Below, piece by piece: positions 47,805 through 64,000 of a stretch of DNA of 64,000 nt. A program made the translations under genes and the position numbers. Where the stretch lies: positions 62,001-126,000 of the forward strand of contig MCFH01000071.1 in the NCBI GenBank assembly GCA_002104945.1. Direction: 5' to 3'. The notes beneath the pieces are model-generated. The model searched no databases. It was not told the origin of the DNA and saw nothing but the letters and a program-made list of their open reading frames with translations. Position 1 is the stretch's first letter. Every line of letters starts with the position of its first letter. Source of the stretch: Piromyces finnis finn (Eukaryota > Fungi > Neocallimastigomycota).

Positions 47805-50800
47805 ATGTCAAGTGTACTAAAAAATACAGAACCAAAATCCTTAAAAGATGTAAATATTATATTTTTAAATTTTACTTCAATTTATATTATAAATGGAATA
47901 AAAATAACTAAAACAATTTTATATTTTATATAAATATTTATTTTATTATTTTTTCAATATATAGACTAATAAAAACGCTTTTTCACCAGTTCCATCTGCA
48001 GATTCTTTCCCTTGGAAGAAAGTTGATAATACCAATAACAATTTAGAAGAATTAAAAAGTAAAATTGAACCACCAAAAATGGAAAAGAAAAAGGATACTT
48101 TATATTCAGCATATGATTCATTCCTTGATGATAAGAGAAATACCTTCTTATCAGAATCATCATACAACTTTGATACATTAAATAGAAATTCTTATATGGA
48201 AGAATCAGAATATGAACCAATAGTTGAAAATCAAATGGCTATTATCACAAATGAACAGCCAAAGCCACAACGTTATTCAATGCTTTCAGCTTTAGCTCCA
48301 TTAACTAAACGTGTGTCATTAGATAAACCAAAGCTTACTCCAGATTCTCAAACCCAAGATTCTTTAAAGTATTCCGAAGAAGAAACTTCTAGTATTGATT
48401 ACTCTTATGTTTCTTACGAATCTGACTATGAAGCTATTGATGATAGTGCTCAACCTATTGTTCAGAATCAATTAGATGTAAAGACAGAAAAACCAAAAAA
48501 GGAAATTGCAACCAAATCTCTTGAAAAGAAGATTGAAGAAAATATCGAAAAATACAAAAAAGAAGATGAAAATGTTTATGAAAGTGCTAGTGACAGTGAA
48601 ATTGAAGAGGAAGATTTTAGTTTAAGATTCCAAAGAGAAAGTGTTAGGGATAGTAAGGATGTTGTTGCTGAAGCTGTTGCAAAAAAATTAAAAGAAATTA
48701 ATGATAAAGAAGAAAAGGAACAAAAGGAAGAAAAACCAAAATCAAAAGGTCAAATTGAAAGAGAAAAGGCTGCTGAAGAAGCTAAAGCTATTGAAGCTCT
48801 TAAACCAAGTTATGTTGGACAAACTCAAATTAAGCCAACAATTAATGAAATTACACCACAAATGGTTGTTGATGCTGAAAAGGAAGCCCTTGAAACTGCT
48901 GAAGAATCCATAACAAATATTAAGCCACAATTCGTTAAAAATGCACTTATTCAACCAAATGTTGCATCATTAACTGATAGTATGATTAAACCTCCAACTC
49001 AATCTATCTATCTTACCGCTAAGGAAATTGCTCCTTTAGGATTAGGTGAAGATAGTAGTGATAACATTTTATCTAAATTAGATTCTTCAAAGTTAGAAGA
49101 AGAAAAGAAAGATAAAGGTAAAGAAAAATATCAATCCGATGAAGAAATTGATGAAAATAAAGAAGGTAAGATATAATGTTTTAAAAAATATATAATATTA
49201 TATAATATAGAATTTTGGTGTTAAATTTGAAAAATATATCCTAGATATATTTATATGCCTATATTAAAGTTGTTTATTTATTTTATATGTATATATAGAA
49301 TTAAAGAATGTATCTGATATAAAGGAAGTTAAAACCCCAGAAGTTAAAGATATTAATAAGCCATTATTAACTGCTCCTCAAATAGAACCACCAAGGAATA
49401 TGGCTTTTCAACAACAACAATCACAACCATCCTTCTTAGCTGATGATAGAGAAAAACAAATAAAGGTTTTAGAACATCCAAATCCACTTATTTATTCTGG
49501 TTACTTAGAAAAATTATCTACTCATGGTCGTTTCCAGAGAAGATTATTCAGATTCGATGGTTTAATTTTAACATGCTTATCTCAAAATAAGCAAAAAATA
49601 CCAGGAAATTTAAATTTATTAAATTTTGAACCAATATTTTTAAAGGATGGTACTCAAGAATCTACCGAAATTGTAAAATCTATAGGTAAATTCTATAAAA
49701 ATGATCCAGTTATGCCAGAAATAATAAACCCTTTAGTTGCTCTTGAAAAGAATATTTCACCATCTGGTATCCCTGATTTAAAGGCTCATCAGTACTATTA
49801 TCCAAAGGTAAAAAGAAAAAAAATAAATTAAATTATAATGATGTTAATTAACCAAGTAGATTAAATTAGAATAGATTAGAGTATAAAAGATAAAATTACT
49901 GGATGTTAAAAAAAAAGAAAGCCAATTGATATAAGCAAATTACAATGATATTAAAAATAATTAAAAATAAGTTGATATTTATACAAATTTAAATAATACT
50001 AAAAAAAATATTAATTTATTTTATATATAATTATTATTTTAGTGGATGCTTAATATTCAAGATATTGAAAGTATTCAACCTTTACTTAGCATTCAAAATA
50101 ATGGAAGACCAAATAATGATATTGCTGGTATTCTTAATGCTAATAATCAAGATCAAAATGAATTAACATTCATTATTACCACTAAAACAATTAGTTATAT
50201 TTTAAGAGCTCCAAATAATAGAGATTTCAATAGATGGATGTATATTCTTAATAGAATGAAGGAAACTTTCATCGAATTGAATGAGGAAGTAACCAATCCA
50301 ATACCACATATTGAAAGACCAAGATTTAAGGGATTCCCACCACCACCAAACAATCCACCACCACCAGAATTACAAGCTAAGAGATACAGAAATTGCCAAG
50401 ACTATGTTAAAAACAATTTAGGTTTCTCTTTATCAATTCCACAATCTGCTATTATGGAAATTAACAGACCACTAGTTGTTCAAGTTTGTATGGATATAAA
50501 AGATCCATTCTACAGAAGAATAGCTTTATTAAAGATTTGGAATATTTGCTTTACTGATTTACTTAGTATCGATAATAATGTCAGTTTCAATGCTGTTATT
50601 ATTCCAGTAAATAAAGCTATCATGGCTAAGGATGGTCCAAAGATGCCACCAATGTCTGGTATGTCAGGTCCATCTATGAATATAGTTAATTCTCCAGGAG
50701 GTATGATTGGAAGACCAGAAGGTATGCCACAAAATATGAACAATTTAGGTATACCACATGGTTTGATGAGTCCAAGTATGAATATTAAATCTGGTACCAA

Positions 50801-52274
50801 AAATGATTTAGGTATTCCAATTGCTACTCCAGGATTATTGAGTCCAAGTATGAAACCAGACATGAATCCAATGAGTCCACCTGTTCCATCTGTTCCATCT
50901 GCTCCAGGTATGGGTACCCCAATGGGAGTACCAGGATTAATGAGTCCACCAATGGGACAACCTCAACCTGGTAATTTAAAGAACGGACCAATGAGTAGTA
51001 ATATGATGATGAATAATCAACATAATTCCCCAATGAATGATAATCTAAAGATGGACGAAATGAAGCAAGGTATGGATCAAAAGGTCAATGATAATATTAA
51101 TAGAAAGAATTCTACCAGTAGCAGTAGTGCTATTGAATCAAATATTAAAGATCTTATGAATTATGGTAAGCATGATGATGATGATAGTGATGATGAATTC
51201 TACTTACCAAAGAAGGAAGATGGTAGCTTAAAGCCATTTATTGGTCGTAACTCTGTTATTGGTAACACAAATTCATTATTACACTTTAAAAAGTTAAGTT
51301 TAATGGATGTTGGTGGTGATTTTAACTCCTTATATCGTGCATTAAATAATGAAAAGAATAACCATCAAAATCAAAAACCAAAGTTTTCAAAACAAGGATC
51401 TACTGATCACTTTGCTCAAGAATTAGAAATGTTAGATAATATGAATTCAAAGAGTTCTCAACAAATTAATATGAACAATATGGGTATTAATACTCGTCAA
51501 GTCAATATGACAAATATTATTCCAGGTGTTTCTAAGACTACTAGCATGATTAATTCAAATGATGAAAGTATTATGACAGAAGATATTTCCGTTGATTTCC
51601 CAGCACCACCAAATCCATATGGTCAAACATCATTAGGAACCCTTAACTCAAGATATGAAAAGGCTCAAGATTTTAATAATGAATCAGCAAACAATATGTC
51701 TACTCCACCAGCTCCAATTTCAGCTGAAAAAATTAATATCCCAGTTGACCCAGAATTATTACATTGTCTTACAGCAATGTTACGTATTATTCATAGACTT
51801 TCTGGTTCATGTTTCCGTGAAGAACAAAAGTCATTTGAATCCGTTCCACCACCAGTTCCAAAGTGGTACTATCAATTTTGTGTTAAATCCTTCCCATCCT
51901 TCGCAAAGTTATCCCAAACTCACGTTATAAACTATTTAGAATGTATGGAAGAACAATATATTATAAACGGTCATCAAGAATTACCACAAGAATATTTAAG
52001 AATTCAAGAAGCCTTAGAAAGCTTTATAAAGGCTACAAGAGCTTGGGAAAGAGTAGTAAATGACTGGAAGCGTGATATTATTCATAGAAAACATCTCAAT
52101 CACAGAAAGATTAGTTTTGATGATGATGATAGTATTATGAAAGTAGTAAGAATCAATGATGTATTAAGAGTTAATCTTTTATTAAAGGATCATATAGAAG
52201 AAAATGCTCGTAAGGAAACTTCAAAGTTAAGAAAATTCTTTCAACCACCACAACAAAGAACTTCAAAAAAATAA
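47805..52274 (+). CDS. PH-domain-containing protein, ~1328 aa, 4 exons (47805-47849, 47965-49165, 49299-49807, 50043-52274)
   Basis: Phase-consistent GT-AG introns sum to 3987 nt. PH strands YSGYLEKLSTHGRFQRRLFRFDG and the C-terminal helix YILRAPNNRDFNRWMYILN are present, followed by Pro/Met-rich low complexity. Confidence 0.85.
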
Positions 52275-53545
52275 TGAAATCAATTTATAAATTAAAAAAA
52301 AAAAATCCTTTTAAAATACATAGAACGTATATGACAATAAACCTTATTTAAATAATTTTTTCACTTTTTATTTTCTTATATAATATATTATTTTATATAT
52401 ATATTTATAGTAAACAATTCAACATCACCAAAAAAAAAAAAAAAAAAAAAAAAAAAAACAGGAAATATAAAATAGCGAAAGAAAAGAAAAGGAAAAAAAA
52501 AGTTTAAAGTTATAAAGTAGTATTTTTAAAATTAGTTTTATATAACTATTTATTAAATTATTTAAATAAATTCTTCCAACAAAGGTTTGATTGAAGAAAA
52601 AAAAAAATCTATTCTATATAAAAATCAATACAAAAAAAAAAAAAATGTAAATAACATTATTATTTTTTCTTTTTAATAATTAATAAGGAAATCAATAATT
52701 AAATAATAATAATATTAATACTAATAATGATAATAATATTAGATATTTTTTTTATAACAAAAATATACAATTATCCAAAAATAAATATCTATACATAGTA
52801 ATAGATAAACATAAAAACAATATATATATAGTATTAAATATATATAGATTATAAAATTGAAAAGCTCTATATATATATTAAACTATAATAGAAATAAAAA
52901 TTTTATTTTAGATTGTTTAGGCTTGTTTTTTTTTTAAAAAAGAGAAAAAAATTAATACTATCAAAATAACTCTTAATAAAAAGAATAAGCAGTAAATTAA
53001 ACATAGATTATAAAAATAAATAGAATAGAAATCAAATAAAAAAATAAACCCAGACAATGAAAGATAATTTTAGTAAGGAATCAAATACCAAATATATAAA
53101 AAATTATTATAAATATTATCTTTGTTATTATAAAAATAGAAAGAATATAAAATAAACAATACTTTTACAATGTAAATTAAAATATTATTTTCATTTGAAG
53201 TGCTTTTTTTTTTCTTTATTTTTATTTCTTCTTTCCTATAATCCTAAATAATAGAATTTTATATATATTAAATGTATTAAATATCAATAAAATATTTTTA
53301 AAAATATAAAATAAAATAAAATAAAATAATAAAAAAAAAAAAAATAGTATTATTAATTTAAATGTTTATTTTAGTATTTAATGATATAAAATTCTATTGA
53401 TGTTTTATTATTATTAATATATATATATATATATTTAATTTTGATGTTTTTATTTTAAAATATTAGTTAATATACTAATTAATAGATTTTATTAATTTAT
53501 ATTATTAATTCTTTTTTTATATGAAGTGTTTTTTTTTTTTTTTTT

Positions 53546-62056
<8,511 letters not shown>

Positions 62057-62095
62057 AATATTATTTGAATTATTAATTATTAATTATTCTGGTAA

Positions 62096-62132
<37 letters not shown>

Positions 62133-62743
62133 TAAAGAAAAAAAGTTAAATATGGATAATCTTAAATCATTTAACTTTTTAATAACAAATATTTGTTTTA
62201 TTTTGCATATTTACATATATAATATTTATATTTTTTCCAAATTTTAAATATTTAGTAAAGTGTTATTTTTTTTTTTAATTAACTTCAATAAAGAATTTTA
62301 AAATTTATTATATACAACTATCTAAAATGATAATAAATTTTGGGTTTTTTAGGTTTTATCAACATTATTTATTATAATAATCATTAAAGTTATATAATCA
62401 AAAAATAAAAAATAAATAAATAAATATAATAATTAAATAACGATAATGAACAGTCCTTACTGCTGCTCTTACTATAACATTAATATATAATTAAATTATG
62501 ATGTTGTTCATTCATGTTTTGTATGTATTACAAATGGTGGTGGTAAAGAATATTTATTATTAATTTATCTATTTATAAAATATTTATTCATTTATATAAT
62601 CTTAATTATTACTATAATTTATTTATTATATACACTTATTTTTTAGGTAATACAAAAAATTTAATTTGGTGGTTAATATTTATATTTATATAAAAAACAA
62701 ATGAAATTATAAATATGGTATGATTATATAAATTTAATATAAG

Positions 62744-63979
62744 ATGGAAAAAGAATCTAGAATACCTGTACATATTGTTAATGGAAATGCATTTATATGG
62801 GATCCAGAAGGTTTATATTTAATTATATGTATTAATTATTAATGAAAATAATAATAAAAAATATAGAATTTCATATTTATAATTTATATATATATATATA
62901 TTTGAAACTCAAATTTTATTTTTAAAAATTATAAATTCTATAAAGATGTAATTAATTTAAGAATAAAGTATAGAATTGTTGGTTCACTGGTTGGTTTACT
63001 ACCTAAATGTCCATTACAAAATATCTTTTCTTCACTTCCCTTACATTTATTACCAGAAGAAGTTTCATTATTATTAGAAAAAGGTTCATAATTTATAATT
63101 TTTTTTTATGAAAAAAAAAAGAACTAAATATTTAATCTTAATTAATTTATATTTTTATTTTATTTCGCATTTATTATTATTATTCATTATTGTAATTATT
63201 TTTTATATATATCATTTTTGAAGGATGTATATATTTAATAAATGACAAAAAGGCCCATCATAAACCAAATAGTTCAGAAATTAAATTATTTAAAGAAGAA
63301 GAAGAAAAATTAAAAGAAAAAGACAATCAGGATTTTCAAAAACAAAAAAATGAGCATATGTTAAGAAATTTAAATAAAAAAAACAATAAAAATAATATAA
63401 AAAATAATACTAACAATAAAAAACTTACAAACGATAATGATAACAGAAATACAAATAATAATAATGAGATAGAAAATATTAGTAATGAAAAAGATAATAA
63501 TACTAATGGAATTTCAAATGATAATTTTAAAAACTCAAATATTAGTAATGAAAAAGATAATAATACTAATGGAATTTCAAATGATAATTTTAAAACTCTA
63601 ACTAATCCAAATAATATAAAGGAAAAGGAAAATAATAATGATTATAATAATGACATTAATAATGGTGATAATAACAATGCCGGTTTAAATAATTCTAATT
63701 CTTGTGTACCAAAAAAGAAAAAAAAGGAAAAAGAAAAATCCCAATTAATTCATATTCAAACAAATTCAAAAAAACTACCTTGGTATGACCCATCAAAAAA
63801 TAATCATGAAAATGAATGTTATACCTTGGAAGAAGCAAAGTCAAAAAACATTTGGAATTATCCAAATACTCCAAATGAAAATATGAAGTATAAAATATTT
63901 TGTGATATTTGGGGAAAGCCAGAAAAATATTATATTACTTCAGGGTCAAAGTATGGTTCAGATTATTTAATATATCCAG
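62744..63979 (+). CDS. SEN34: tRNA-splicing endonuclease subunit Sen34, 5' part (exons 62744-62810, 62946-63083, 63224-63979; continues beyond the window)
   Basis: Spliced translation LRIKYRIVGSLVGLLPKCPLQNIFSSLPLHLLPEEVSLLLEKG and YYITSGSKYGSDYLIYPG match Sen34/TSEN34 motifs. Confidence 0.88.
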
Positions 63980-64000
63980 GTAATTATATAATTAGAAGAA

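Overview
Extremely AT-rich eukaryotic DNA, most consistent with an anaerobic gut fungus (Neocallimastigomycota). This is inferred from composition, short GT-AG introns, poly-Asn tracts and fungal-type chromoviruses. Bases 1-44,400 are a solid block of nested LTR retrotransposons. It holds two intact single-ORF Ty3/Gypsy chromoviruses (25902-32676 +, 33905-40177 -), a frameshifted and truncated sister copy, a tRNA-Ala-primed Gypsy running off the left edge, a decayed Gypsy, a Gag-protease remnant, a Copia RT relic, and about 20 solo or partial LTRs, many abutting each other within 1-9 bp. Bases 47,800-64,000 hold three spliced host genes: a split-PH-domain protein, a roughly 2,400-aa CEP57-like protein with long (AAT)n tracts, and the 5' part of tRNA-splicing endonuclease SEN34. 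The highlights are: trains of LTRs joined end to end; Tf1-type self-priming signals with compensatory changes in three families; a conserved UUG-started, NES-like Gag extension; two complete -1 frameshift cassettes; and independently amplified 5'-UTR repeats sharing a TACCGC core. All coordinates were counted by hand and may be off by a few bases.
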